From NCBI GenBank assembly GCA_964417675.1, contig CAYQJL010000282.1:68077-132076 (forward strand): DNA of 64,000 nucleotides, given 5' to 3'. Below the pieces are notes generated by a model, which was not told the origin of the DNA, did no database searches, and was given only the letters and a program-made list of their open reading frames with translations. Positions 30,990 through 39,857 of the stretch are shown here, in pieces. The position numbers and the translations under genes are program-made. Position 1 is the first letter of the stretch, and each line of letters opens with the position of its first letter. Source of the DNA: an uncultured bacterium. Lineage in GTDB: Bacteria; Eisenbacteria; RBG-16-71-46; CAIMUX01; WJJG01.

Positions 30990-31886
30990 TCATGCCCGGC
31001 GCTCGGCCGCGGCGACGGCGTTGGCCAGGAGGGAGGCCACCGTCATGGGACCCACTCCACCCGGCACCGGCGTGATGGCGGCGACCTTGGCGGCGACCGC
31101 ATCGAAATCCACGTCTCCACACAGGCGGACCTTGTCCGGGATGTCGGGGTGGGGTTCGCGGTGAATGCCGACATCGATGACCGTAGCCCCCGCGGCGACC
31201 CAATCGGCCCTCACCATGCGCTTGACCCCTGCCGCCACGATCAGGATCTGTGCGCGCCGCGTGATCCCGGGCAGATCTCGCGTCCGGGTATGGCAGATCG
31301 TCACGGTGGCATCGCCACCCGGCCTCTTGCTGGAGAGTAGATTGGCCAGCGGTCGGCCCACGATGCGGCTACGCCCGAGGATGACGACCTCCCGACCCTC
31401 GGGCTCGATTCCGTAGAACTCCATGATTTTCAGGATCCCGAGCGGGGTAGCCGGCACGAATCGCGGGGTCCCTAAGGCAAGCAGGCCCACATTGTGGGGA
31501 TGGAAGCCATCCACGTCCTTCTCCGGCGGGATCGCCTCCAAGACGCGGTTCTCATCCAGGTGACCGGGGAGCGGGAGTTGAACCAGCAGCCCGTCGATCT
31601 CGCGGCGACCGGCAGTTTCGCGGATGCGCTCCAGCACATCCGCCTCCGAGGCCGTCTCGGGTAGGTGCAAGACCTCAGAGGCGATCCCGAGCTTGTGGCA
31701 GGCCTTCTGCTTCGCGCCGACATACACCGCCGAAGCAGGGTCCTCCCCGACCCGGATCAGCGCCAACCCGGGAACGACACCACGGCCGGCCAGCAGTTCG
31801 ATCCGTTCGCGCAGTTGTGCCTTGAGGCGATCGGCCACCGGCTTCCCACGCAAGATCTCCGCCACGGCACCTCCTCGGCTTGTCAT
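30990..31886 (-). CDS. folD: Bifunctional methylenetetrahydrofolate dehydrogenase / methenyltetrahydrofolate cyclohydrolase
   Basis: 298 aa with full-length FolD motifs (VGEDPASAVYVGAKQKAC, GRSRIVGRPLANLL, PVPGGVGPMTVASL). ATG at 31886. Confidence 0.9.
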   Translation of the reverse strand: MTSRGGAVAEILRGKPVADRLKAQLRERIELLAGRGVVPGLALIRVGEDPASAVYVGAKQKACHKLGIASEVLHLPETASEADVLERIRETAGRREIDGLLVQLPLPGHLDENRVLEAIPPEKDVDGFHPHNVGLLALGTPRFVPATPLGILKIMEFYGIEPEGREVVILGRSRIVGRPLANLLSSKRPGGDATVTICHTRTRDLPGITRRAQILIVAAGVKRMVRADWVAAGATVIDVGIHREPHPDIPDKVRLCGDVDFDAVAAKVAAITPVPGGVGPMTVASLLANAVAAAERRA

Positions 31887-31986
31887 GGCTCTCTGCGGCC
31901 GGTCATCGTCCGTTGCGGCCGGTCATCGCCCGTTGCGGCCGGTCATCGCCCGTTGCGGCCGGTCATCACCCGCTGCGGGCGGTCAT
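31883..31986 (-). promoter_or_regulatory. Chain of five overlapping 7-codon mini-ORFs generated by a 20-bp tandem repeat, ending in an ATGA overlap with the folD start codon
   Basis: On the minus strand the 20-bp unit GGCCGCAACGGGCGATGACC repeats five times. Every copy carries ATG ACC ... CGA TGA, so each 7-codon ORF (MTGRNGR; variants MTARSG and MTGRREP) stops with a TGA that overlaps the next ATG. The last TGA overlaps the folD ATG (CCATGACA). Confidence 0.7.
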
Positions 31987-32016
31987 CGCCCTTTGCGGCT
32001 CGACGCGGCCAGGCAG

Positions 32017-33588
32017 CTAACGGGCGTAGTCAACGGCCCGCGTCTCGCGGATGACCACAACCTTGATCTGGCCAGGATACTGCAGATCCTTCTCGATCTT
32101 CTTGGCGATATCGGTGGCCAATTGCTCCGCCCCGGCATCATCGACATCCTTGTGCTGAACCGCAATGCGGATCTCACGGCCCGCTTGGATCGCGAAGCAC
32201 TTGTCGACCCCCTTGAAGGACTCGGCCAGAGATTCAAGCGTATGGAGACGTTTGATGTACGACTCCAGCGTCTCACGGCGCGCACCGGGACGGGCCCCGG
32301 AAATCCCGTCGGCGGCCTGCACCAGCACCGCGTAGACGCTGGTCGTCTCGACTTCCCCGTGGTGGGCGCCCACCGATTGGATCACCTCTTCGCGCTCATT
32401 GCACCGGCGGACGAGATCCGCGCCAATCCCGGCGTGCGGTCCTTCCACCTCGTGATCCACGGCCTTGCCAATGTCATGCAGCAAGCCGCAGCGTTTCGCC
32501 AGTGTGATGTCCAGGCCCAATTCCGCCGCCATCATGCCCGCCAGGTGGGCAACCTCGACCGAGTGTTTCAGCACGACTTGGCCGAAACTGGTCCGATACT
32601 GCAGCGCCCCCAAATGCCGGATCAGCTCCGGGTGCAGCCCATGGGCTCCCAGATCCAGCGCAACCCGTTCGCCCGTCTCCCGGATGTTGCGTTCGATGTC
32701 CCGCTTGACCCGCTCGACGACCTCCTCGATGCGCCCCGGATGAATACGCCCGTCGCTGATCAGCTTCTCCAGCGCCTGCCGGGCAATCTCACGCCGCACT
32801 GGATCGTATCCGGATAGCAAGACAGCTTCCGGCGTGTCATCGATCACCACGTCAATGCCGGTGGCCAGTTCGAAGGCCCGGATGTTGCGGCCTTCGCGAC
32901 CGATGATGCGGCCCTTCATCTCCTCGGACGGCAGCGAGACCACCGTCACCGTGTTCTCGGCCGACTGCTCGGACGCCATCCTCTGGATGGCGATGCCGAT
33001 GATCCTCTGAGCCTCCCTTTCAGCGTCCCGCTCGGCCTCTTCACGGATCCGGCGCGCCTTCATGGCCGCCTCCGCCCGCACCTCTTCCTCCAGGTTCTTG
33101 AACAGCTCTTGCCGGGCCGCCTCCGCGGTGAGCCCCGAGATCTGCTCGAGGCGAACATTCTGCTGCTCGATCGAGCGCTCTAGCTCGGCTTGCCGTGCAT
33201 CCGCGCTCTCCCGCTGCTGTTCGAGCCGTTTCGCAAGCGCCTTGAGCTCCTTCTCTTGAACCCGATTCTGCTCCGCCTGGCGGGTGACGACGGTCTCCCG
33301 GTCCAGTAGCGCCTGATCCCGCTTCTCAAGCTCCTGGCGCGCTTTCCACATCTCCTCGTCGAACTTGGCCTTTGCCCGGAACCACTCCTCGCGCGCCTCG
33401 ACCTCCGTGGTCTTCTTCAGGAGCGTGGCTTCCTTCTGTGCCTCTGTCAGGATCTTCTTCGCGCGGCTGTCCGCATCCTCCAGTCTGCTCAGTCCGATGC
33501 GGCGGTGTACCTGAAACCCACCAAAGAAGCCCAGCGCCCCCATGACCAGGGCGATCAGGATTGTCCCCAACTGACCCAACGACCCCAT
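32017..33588 (-). CDS. rny: Ribonuclease Y
   Basis: N-terminal TM helix, long coiled-coil, KH domain ([11 protein letters not shown]) and HD domain (HDIGKA). Confidence 0.9.
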   Translation of the reverse strand: MGSLGQLGTILIALVMGALGFFGGFQVHRRIGLSRLEDADSRAKKILTEAQKEATLLKKTTEVEAREEWFRAKAKFDEEMWKARQELEKRDQALLDRETVVTRQAEQNRVQEKELKALAKRLEQQRESADARQAELERSIEQQNVRLEQISGLTAEAARQELFKNLEEEVRAEAAMKARRIREEAERDAEREAQRIIGIAIQRMASEQSAENTVTVVSLPSEEMKGRIIGREGRNIRAFELATGIDVVIDDTPEAVLLSGYDPVRREIARQALEKLISDGRIHPGRIEEVVERVKRDIERNIRETGERVALDLGAHGLHPELIRHLGALQYRTSFGQVVLKHSVEVAHLAGMMAAELGLDITLAKRCGLLHDIGKAVDHEVEGPHAGIGADLVRRCNEREEVIQSVGAHHGEVETTSVYAVLVQAADGISGARPGARRETLESYIKRLHTLESLAESFKGVDKCFAIQAGREIRIAVQHKDVDDAGAEQLATDIAKKIEKDLQYPGQIKVVVIRETRAVDYAR

Positions 33589-33894
33589 GCTGGAATCCTC
33601 CAGCAGCAGACCTCCCCCGCAGAGACCCCGCTGCAGAAAAAAGAAATCCCCACGTCTGCCGTGTGCTGCGGACTCATTGAACCTGGTTCGTCCAGGTGGG
33701 GCCTTTCACCGACCGTATCGAGCGCCCTGAAGACAGGGTTCCTCTACCGGCCGTTCCCGGGCCCCCTTGGGATTGCGTTGGCTCAAATCGTCCCGCTACC
33801 TACACGCGCAGGGCAGGGATTTCGAAACTGAATCGTTCCGCTCGAAACTTGTCACGGAATCGCCCCCCGAAGCGGCGATTCCACGGACTCTGTT

Positions 33895-34212
33895 TCAGTC
33901 AAGCAGGCTGGAGGGAGCCACCTCCTCCCGGACCGATGCATCCAGGGTAGACCCCAACTCCGCCACCCTCTGCTGCAACCATGTAGCCAGGTCGGTGGCA
34001 CGCGCCCGCTCTCGAAGAAGCTCGTCAGCGAGGTTCAGCGCCGTCAGCACGGCGACCCTCTTTCCATCAATTGTAGCACTGCTCTCCCTAACCTCGCTCA
34101 TCTTATCCGCAACATACGACGCCAATTCCGGTATCGAGGCGCCGGTCGGCTCTCCGGCCACCCGGTACTCGTCCCCCAGAATCGTGACCTTTGTGTATGT
34201 GGCGTCGCTCAT
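33895..34212 (-). CDS. zapA: Cell division protein ZapA
   Basis: 105 aa; N-terminal VTILGDEYRV plus a C-terminal coiled-coil is typical of ZapA. Confidence 0.7.
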   Translation of the reverse strand: MSDATYTKVTILGDEYRVAGEPTGASIPELASYVADKMSEVRESSATIDGKRVAVLTALNLADELLRERARATDLATWLQQRVAELGSTLDASVREEVAPSSLLD

Positions 34213-34309
34213 GGCTACCAGAGTCCCGATTCAAGCGGTTTCTGTCGGTGCCCTTTGGCCCCGATGCCCCCCCGCCGCGAACGTGGCACCCCACGCCCAC
34301 ACAAGGAGT

Positions 34310-34717
34310 CTAGAAATCCCGCTCGACCAAGTCAACCTTCTCGAGGATGGCGGCCAAACGATCGGAAACCTCCTCACGCTCAGCCTGCAAAACGGCATTC
34401 TCTTCTCGCAGTCTATCCACCTGTCCAATCGCGGCCAGCAGCTCGCCGAAGGTCTCAACGCCCGCTTCCTGCAAGAGACGATTCTGTTCCCCGCGCAGCC
34501 GCTGAGAGGTCTGGCGAAGCTCTTCGCGCTCCTCCCTCAGCTTGGAAATGTAGCGCACGGCCCCTTCGATCCGCTCAGACAGACGGTCGATCTCGTCTAT
34601 AAGTCCCTGTCCAGCAGTGGGTTCAGAAACTGGCGCCTTCATGGCCCCTCCGTCGTTGCTACCGGTGGTTCCTTGGCCCCTTCCTCCCGCAGCCGGCCGG
34701 ATGATCGCCGCGGCCAC
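34310..34717 (-). CDS. Small coiled-coil protein, ZapB-like (septation ring associated); identity tentative
   Basis: About 110-135 aa, entirely coiled-coil (LREEREELRQTSQRLRGEQNRLLQE). Located immediately upstream of zapA. Confidence 0.5.
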   Translation of the reverse strand: MAAAIIRPAAGGRGQGTTGSNDGGAMKAPVSEPTAGQGLIDEIDRLSERIEGAVRYISKLREEREELRQTSQRLRGEQNRLLQEAGVETFGELLAAIGQVDRLREENAVLQAEREEVSDRLAAILEKVDLVERDF

Positions 34718-34767
34718 AAACGCGCCGCGCGTGCTGGGACAGGCCGGCCCAAAGAGACAGGACTCGT

Positions 34768-35127
34768 CTACTGAGCCTGAACGCCACGGGCCGCTTCGAC
34801 AACCCGGGCGAAGGCCGCCATATCATGGACGGCCAGATCCGCCAGGACCTTGCGATCAAGATCGATCCCGGCCGTCTTCATGCCTGCGATCAGCGCGCTG
34901 TAGCTCATCCCATTCAGACGGGCCGCCGCGTTGATCCGCTGGATCCACAGCCGGCGCATCATGCGCTTACGCACCCGGCGGTCGCGATACGCATATTGCA
35001 ACCCGCGCATGAGATTCTCTTTGGCCACCCGATGCAGCTTCGAACGCCCTCCGAAGCCACCCTTGGCGCGACGCAAGACCTTGTTCCGGCGCGCGCGTCC
35101 TGGCACTACCGTTTTTGCTCTCGGCAT
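34768..35127 (-). CDS. rplT: 50S ribosomal protein L20
   Basis: 119 aa, [37 protein letters not shown]. Confidence 0.95.
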   Translation of the reverse strand: MPRAKTVVPGRARRNKVLRRAKGGFGGRSKLHRVAKENLMRGLQYAYRDRRVRKRMMRRLWIQRINAAARLNGMSYSALIAGMKTAGIDLDRKVLADLAVHDMAAFARVVEAARGVQAQ

Positions 35128-35213
35128 GCCCAGCTCCTTTCCAGATTAGCTCGTCAACCTCGTTTCCGTCATGCACATACCAGCCACACCCTGACCGCCC
35201 ACCGTGGTGGCTG

Positions 35214-35411
35214 CTACTGCAACCCGAGCTGACGGCGCACCTTGGTCGCATCCACGGCCGCCACCAGGGCTCCCTGGCGCAGCCGACGCTTGCGCTTACG
35301 GCTCTTGCGGGTCATGAGATGGCCCGCCCCGCTGCGGTGGCGGCGAATGCGCCCCGTCCCGGTCAGCTTGAACCGCTTCGCAGACGCGCGACGCGTCTTC
35401 AGTTTCGGCAT
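35214..35411 (-). CDS. rpmI: 50S ribosomal protein L35
   Basis: [32 protein letters not shown]. Start ATG 35411. Confidence 0.9.
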   Translation of the reverse strand: MPKLKTRRASAKRFKLTGTGRIRRHRSGAGHLMTRKSRKRKRRLRQGALVAAVDATKVRRQLGLQ

Positions 35412-35464
35412 AGTCCTCTCCCCCTCTCTATGCACAGCAAAGATCTCTCTATCGCTGCCCGGAT

Positions 35465-35989
35465 CTAGCTGCTTGGCTTCGGCGCCACCATCATCGAGAG
35501 AAACCGCCCCTCGAGCCGGATGGGAACCTCAACCATCGCCACATCCTCCAGTTCCGCTTGGGCCTTGCGCAGCAAGTCCTCGCCGAGTTCCTTGTGCACG
35601 ATCTCACGACCGCGGAAGCGGACCGTGAATTTCACCTTGTCTCTCTTCTCGAGAAACTCACGGGCCTTGTTCAGCTTGGTCTGTAGGTCGTGGTCGCCGA
35701 TCTTCACACCCATCTTGACTTCTTTCAGATGGGTCTGGTGCGACTTCTGTTTCGCCTTCCGCTGGCGCTTCGAGAACTCGTACTTGTACTTGCCATAGTC
35801 CATGATCCGGCAGACGGGCGGGCGCGCATTGGCAGCCACTTGCACCAGATCGAGATCACGTTCCCGGGCCATCTTGAGGGCATCGGCTACGGTGATGATT
35901 CCAACCTGATTCCCGTCTTCATCCACGACACGGACCATCGGCGCCCGGATTTGCTCGTTCACCCGAGCCTTGGCGTCGTCCTTGCGAAT
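35465..35989 (-). CDS. infC: Translation initiation factor IF-3, probably starting at an ATT (AUU) codon
   Basis: IF-3 domains present ([15 protein letters not shown]). The ORF track starts at GTG 35962. However, the frame stays open upstream to an ATT at 35989 that is 8 nt downstream of a strong AAGGAGGA Shine-Dalgarno. An AUU start for infC is the conserved autoregulatory feature of this gene. Confidence 0.8.
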   Translation of the reverse strand: MRKDDAKARVNEQIRAPMVRVVDEDGNQVGIITVADALKMARERDLDLVQVAANARPPVCRIMDYGKYKYEFSKRQRKAKQKSHQTHLKEVKMGVKIGDHDLQTKLNKAREFLEKRDKVKFTVRFRGREIVHKELGEDLLRKAQAELEDVAMVEVPIRLEGRFLSMMVAPKPSS

Positions 35990-36264
35990 CGCCGGTTCCT
36001 CCTTGGGGCGGCGTACCTAGCCAACAAAAAAAGCGGCCTAGACCGCTTCTCAACGTACAGACACCCCCCGAGAACCGCCCTTGCATCTCGTGAGGCGTCC
36101 GGTGACCACGAAACCTGTCCCCTGTACCGTGGGGCGGTCGCGAGGCGAGAAGCGCATGTGCTTCTGCTTCGACAGGAGCACCTGCTCCCTGCATGTCAAT
36201 GGCAGCCCGCCTTGCGGGCCGCACCCCCCACCCGCGCTATGGATCGGATCCCGTGGGTGTGCCG
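35990..36264 (-). promoter_or_regulatory. Candidate L20-leader-type attenuator region upstream of infC-rpmI-rplT
   Basis: About 270 nt of structured, non-coding GC-rich leader between tRNA-Val and infC. It ends in an intrinsic terminator only about 30 nt before the infC start. This is the geometry of the Firmicutes L20 leader (Rfam RF00558), but the identification rests on position alone and has not been tested against the model. Confidence 0.35.
36021..36049 (-). terminator. Rho-independent terminator/attenuator hairpin followed by a T7 tract
   Basis: On the minus strand: AAGCGG-TCTAGG-CCGCTT followed by TTTTTTTG. Confidence 0.7.
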
Positions 36265-36338
36265 TGGGCGATACTGGAATCGAACCAGTGACCTCTTGCA
36301 TGTCAAGCAAGCACTCTAACCAACTGAGCTAATCGCCC
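36265..36338 (-). tRNA. tRNA-Val (anticodon GAC)
   Basis: Hand-folded: acceptor GGGCGAT/ATCGCCC, anticodon stem CTTGC/GCAAG, loop TTGACAT, T-loop GGTTCGATTCC. 74 nt. Confidence 0.85.
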
Positions 36339-36493
36339 GAACCCTTCCCCCTATGTCGGATGAAGGAACGAGTATCTTAGGGGAACATGCCTGAACCTGT
36401 CAACTACATGCTTTCGAAGCGCCTGCCCGGTCCCGTCCGGCCCGGATCCCGTCGGGCCCGGGATCGAATCCCATCCGCCCGTCGAGCCTGGGA

Positions 36494-37537
36494 TCAGATC
36501 ATGCGCACCGAAGCGGGCCCGGCGTCAGCCGCCTCGATCCGGCCCAGGCGGATCGCCCCCCACCCTTGCTCGGCCAGTCTCTGCTGCCATGGGCTGGCTA
36601 CGCTCGGGTCGACGACCAGGATCCAGCCGATTCCCATGTTGAAGACGTGATACATCTCGTCGGAATCCACCGCACCCAACTGCTGAATTGCCCGGAAGAT
36701 GGGGGGAATCTCCCAACTCGCGAGCTCGACGAGCGCCCTGACACCGTCCGGCAGCACGCGCTTCAGATTCCCCGGAATCCCGCCGCCGGTGATGTGTGCC
36801 ATCGCGTGCAGGCCTGGATCCTGCAAGAACCCCTCAACGGCCGGCCAATACAGGCGGTGCCGTGCAGCCAGAGCCCCGCCCACGGTCTCGTCCGACCCGG
36901 GCAGGAGGGCGTCCGGACCCGGTCCATCCTCGAGCAACACCTTGCGAGCCAGGCTGTAGCCATTGGTGTGCAGGCCCCAGGAGGCAAGCCCGATGAGTTG
37001 ATCACCAACCTTCACCCGCTCGCCCGGAAGGATATGGCGTCGTTGCACCCCACCGATGATGCACCCAACCAGGTCCACCTCTCCGGGCAGGTAGACGCCG
37101 GGCATCTCGGCCGTCTCGCCACCCAGCAGGGCGCACCCCGACTCTCGACAGGCCGCCGCCATACCCCGCCCGAGGGATTCGAGCACGTCGAGCTCCAGAC
37201 GATTGGTCCCGATGTAGTCGAGAAAGAAGAGCGGCCGGGCGCCGTGCACGAGTATGTCATCCACGCAGTGGGCGACAATGTCGTGGCCGGCGTTTTCCCA
37301 CAGCCCGGTCAGTCGGGCTATCTTCATCTTCGTGCCGACCCCGTCGATGCTTGCGATCAGCAGTTGCTCGCCCCCCGGCTGCGGATGGGCGAAGAATCCC
37401 CCGAAGCTGCCCAGGCCGCTCTCGACCCCCGGCGTACGGGTACTGGCGGCAAGCGGCTTCAAACGGTCGACGATCGCGTCGGCCACCTCGAGATCCACGC
37501 CGGCCTTCTTGTAGCTAGCTGCCCTTCCCTGGCTCAT
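36494..37537 (-). CDS. purM: Phosphoribosylformylglycinamidine cyclo-ligase (AIR synthase)
   Basis: Conserved PurM motifs (DGVGTK, GHDIVAHCVDDIL, GLHTNGYSL). Start ATG 37537 (MSQGRAASYKKAGVDL). Confidence 0.9.
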   Translation of the reverse strand: MSQGRAASYKKAGVDLEVADAIVDRLKPLAASTRTPGVESGLGSFGGFFAHPQPGGEQLLIASIDGVGTKMKIARLTGLWENAGHDIVAHCVDDILVHGARPLFFLDYIGTNRLELDVLESLGRGMAAACRESGCALLGGETAEMPGVYLPGEVDLVGCIIGGVQRRHILPGERVKVGDQLIGLASWGLHTNGYSLARKVLLEDGPGPDALLPGSDETVGGALAARHRLYWPAVEGFLQDPGLHAMAHITGGGIPGNLKRVLPDGVRALVELASWEIPPIFRAIQQLGAVDSDEMYHVFNMGIGWILVVDPSVASPWQQRLAEQGWGAIRLGRIEAADAGPASVRMI

Positions 37538-37557
37538 CCGTCCTTCCCCTTCCCCCG

Positions 37558-38271
37558 TCAGGAACTCACATTGAACGCGACCCATGCCTGCGGTACAAGC
37601 GTCTCGAGCACCCGGTTCAGGGCATCGAGCACGGCGAAGACCACGCAACGATGCCGGTCCTGCTGCACGCGGCATGCGCCCACCAGGCGCTGTTCGGCAC
37701 GCGGGTGGACGATGATGATCTCGACCAGCACGGCATCTCCGGGACCACAGCGGGCAATGCTGAGATCCCCTGGAACCAGCCGCACGTCTTCGCGAACGAG
37801 CTTCCCGAGCGCATCGAGCGTCGCTGCGGCAATCAGACGCTCGGTGCCGAGCATGGCGGGAGCCCCCTCGGAAACCCCGATCAGGATCCGCCCGCCGACG
37901 TCCAGGGTCACCTGGGCTTCAGAGCGCACCCCCTCGACCAGCACATTGACGGATCGAAAGCGCACCCGCTGGGCCGCGATCGCCTTCTCTTCTGGCGGCG
38001 CCTGCCCCTGGCCTTGGGCGCCATCGTCCCGTTCCACCTCCGCTTCGGGCCCAGTCACCGCCACGCTGATCTTCTGATGAGGAATGTCGATGCCCAGCGC
38101 GGCCACCATGTAGGAGCGCACGTCGCGGGCGATGTTCTTCGGCCGCATGCCCTGCGAAGCCACGACATGGATCTCGGTGATTTGATCTCCCTCAGCACAG
38201 ACGCGCGCGGCTTCGACTCCCTTGAGTTGCAGGAGCGTGCGCTCGATCTCTTCCAGAGCGGGCAATTCCAT
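37558..38271 (-). CDS. Hypothetical protein with three roughly 70-80-aa internally similar segments
   Basis: No signature I recognise. The start (MELPALEEIERTLLQLKGVEAARV) is chosen after the purM start; the ORF runs to 38295. Placed between purM and a PfkB kinase. Confidence 0.45.
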   Translation of the reverse strand: MELPALEEIERTLLQLKGVEAARVCAEGDQITEIHVVASQGMRPKNIARDVRSYMVAALGIDIPHQKISVAVTGPEAEVERDDGAQGQGQAPPEEKAIAAQRVRFRSVNVLVEGVRSEAQVTLDVGGRILIGVSEGAPAMLGTERLIAAATLDALGKLVREDVRLVPGDLSIARCGPGDAVLVEIIIVHPRAEQRLVGACRVQQDRHRCVVFAVLDALNRVLETLVPQAWVAFNVSS

Positions 38272-38309
38272 GCTGCCTCCCCAAGATGCGAACACCCAAC
38301 TCGTAGCGT

Positions 38310-39227
38310 CTAGAATCCTTGCGGCGGTCCAAAGCGCATCGCTTGCTGCAACAGGTCATAGCGTTCACGCAGATCGCGCGTGCGATCTCGGCTCAGGGCC
38401 GCGACGCCGAACGATTCCACCGTCAAAGATGCAACACAGGTCCCCACCGCGAGCGCCTCGGCGAAGCGATCCCGGTCTCGCCAATTCTTCCCGGCCAGGT
38501 ACCCCATCAGCCCGCCGGCGAAGGAATCGCCCGCCCCGGTGGGATCGACCACATTCGCGACCGGATAGGCGGGAAACAGGATCCAGCCCCATGGCCCCAG
38601 GGCCGCGGCTCCGTGCACTCCCGTCTTGATCACCACGACCTCGGGACCCATCATGCGAATCTCGCCCGCGGCCCTGACCAGATTCGGATGACCGGTCAGC
38701 ATGCGGGCCTCCTCGTCATTGAGGAACAGGATATCCGCCCGGGCAACGACCCGGTGCACCGCCTCCAGGTTGCCCTCGATCCAGAAATTCATCGTATCGA
38801 CAGCCACGACCGGGGCTCGCCGCACGCGGTCGAGCACCTCGAGCTGGAGGATCGGATCGATGTTGGCCAGGAACAACACGTCCGCGTCGGAGTAGGACGG
38901 AGGCAAGGCCGGATGGAAGGCTTCAAAGACCCCGAGTTCGGTTCGCAGAGTGGTGCGAACGTTGGGATCCTCCGCGTAGGCACCTTCCCAATGAAACGTG
39001 GGACCCGCCGCCGTCTCAAGGCCTGCCAGATCCACGCCGCGCAGGCTGAGCAGATCGCGCTGCTCGGTCGTGAAGTCGGCGCCTACGACCGCCACAATGC
39101 CGACCGGTGAGAGGTGAATCGCGGCCAGCGAAAAATAGGAGGCCGAACCTCCCAACAAGCGCTCGTGACTCGTCACCGGCGTGTGGATCGTGTCGAAGGC
39201 CACCGACCCGACCGCCACGATCCTCAT
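38310..39227 (-). CDS. PfkB-family carbohydrate kinase
   Basis: N-terminal GG motif (VGSVAFDTI) and C-terminal anion hole (DPTGAGDSFAGG). Start ATG 39227. Confidence 0.8.
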   Translation of the reverse strand: MRIVAVGSVAFDTIHTPVTSHERLLGGSASYFSLAAIHLSPVGIVAVVGADFTTEQRDLLSLRGVDLAGLETAAGPTFHWEGAYAEDPNVRTTLRTELGVFEAFHPALPPSYSDADVLFLANIDPILQLEVLDRVRRAPVVAVDTMNFWIEGNLEAVHRVVARADILFLNDEEARMLTGHPNLVRAAGEIRMMGPEVVVIKTGVHGAAALGPWGWILFPAYPVANVVDPTGAGDSFAGGLMGYLAGKNWRDRDRFAEALAVGTCVASLTVESFGVAALSRDRTRDLRERYDLLQQAMRFGPPQGF

Positions 39228-39273
39228 CGACGTGCCTCCTCCATTCCCGGCGGGATCGCCCACGGCCTCGTCC

Positions 39274-39768
39274 CTACTCCTCGTCTCCGGTCCCGTCACC
39301 GGCCTCCTCCACTCCGAACCGGGTTCCAAACTCCGCCGGCGGCGCAACAACCTCCCGGGGTGCGTCCCCCCACAGGCGCTCGAGCATGTAGAACTCGCGC
39401 GCCTCACCGTTGAAGATGTGAATGACGCAGTCGACGTAGTCGAGCAGCACCCAGCGCGCTGTCTGGAATCCCTCGCGGTGCCAGGGCTTGGCATGGAGGC
39501 GGCCGGCCAGCTCTTCCTCAATCCACTCGGACAAGGCTCGCACGTGCGGTTCGGACGTGCCGGTCATGATCACGAAGTACTCGCATCCAATGGAGAACTT
39601 CCTCAGATCCAGGATGACGATCTCATCGCCCTTCTTCGCCAGGCCCAGCTCCGCCGCTGTCTGGGCAATCTCACGAGATGTGGGCGGCCTCTTGCGCACC
39701 GATACTCTCTTGGCCAACGTGCCTCCATGATCCTGTCCGGCAAATCGCCGTTGCGAGCAGTGTAGCAT
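39274..39768 (-). CDS. rsfS: Ribosomal silencing factor RsfS (Iojap family)
   Basis: Core GDEIVILDLRKFSIGCEYFVIMTGTSEPHVRALSEWIEEEL. The start is uncertain; the ORF runs to 39843. Confidence 0.75.
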   Translation of the reverse strand: MLHCSQRRFAGQDHGGTLAKRVSVRKRPPTSREIAQTAAELGLAKKGDEIVILDLRKFSIGCEYFVIMTGTSEPHVRALSEWIEEELAGRLHAKPWHREGFQTARWVLLDYVDCVIHIFNGEAREFYMLERLWGDAPREVVAPPAEFGTRFGVEEAGDGTGDEE

Positions 39769-39857
39769 CGACGCACGCCCGAGGCAAGGTGACGCCACTC
39801 GGGCTGCGCCTCCGGAGCGCGGCGCACCGAATGCCGACCGCACAGAAGCTCCGCTGT

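Noticed and set aside
33856-33882. Hairpin after zapA as an intrinsic terminator
   Set aside because: It is a perfect 9-bp stem but is not followed by a U tract. I keep it only as part of the candidate small-RNA region.
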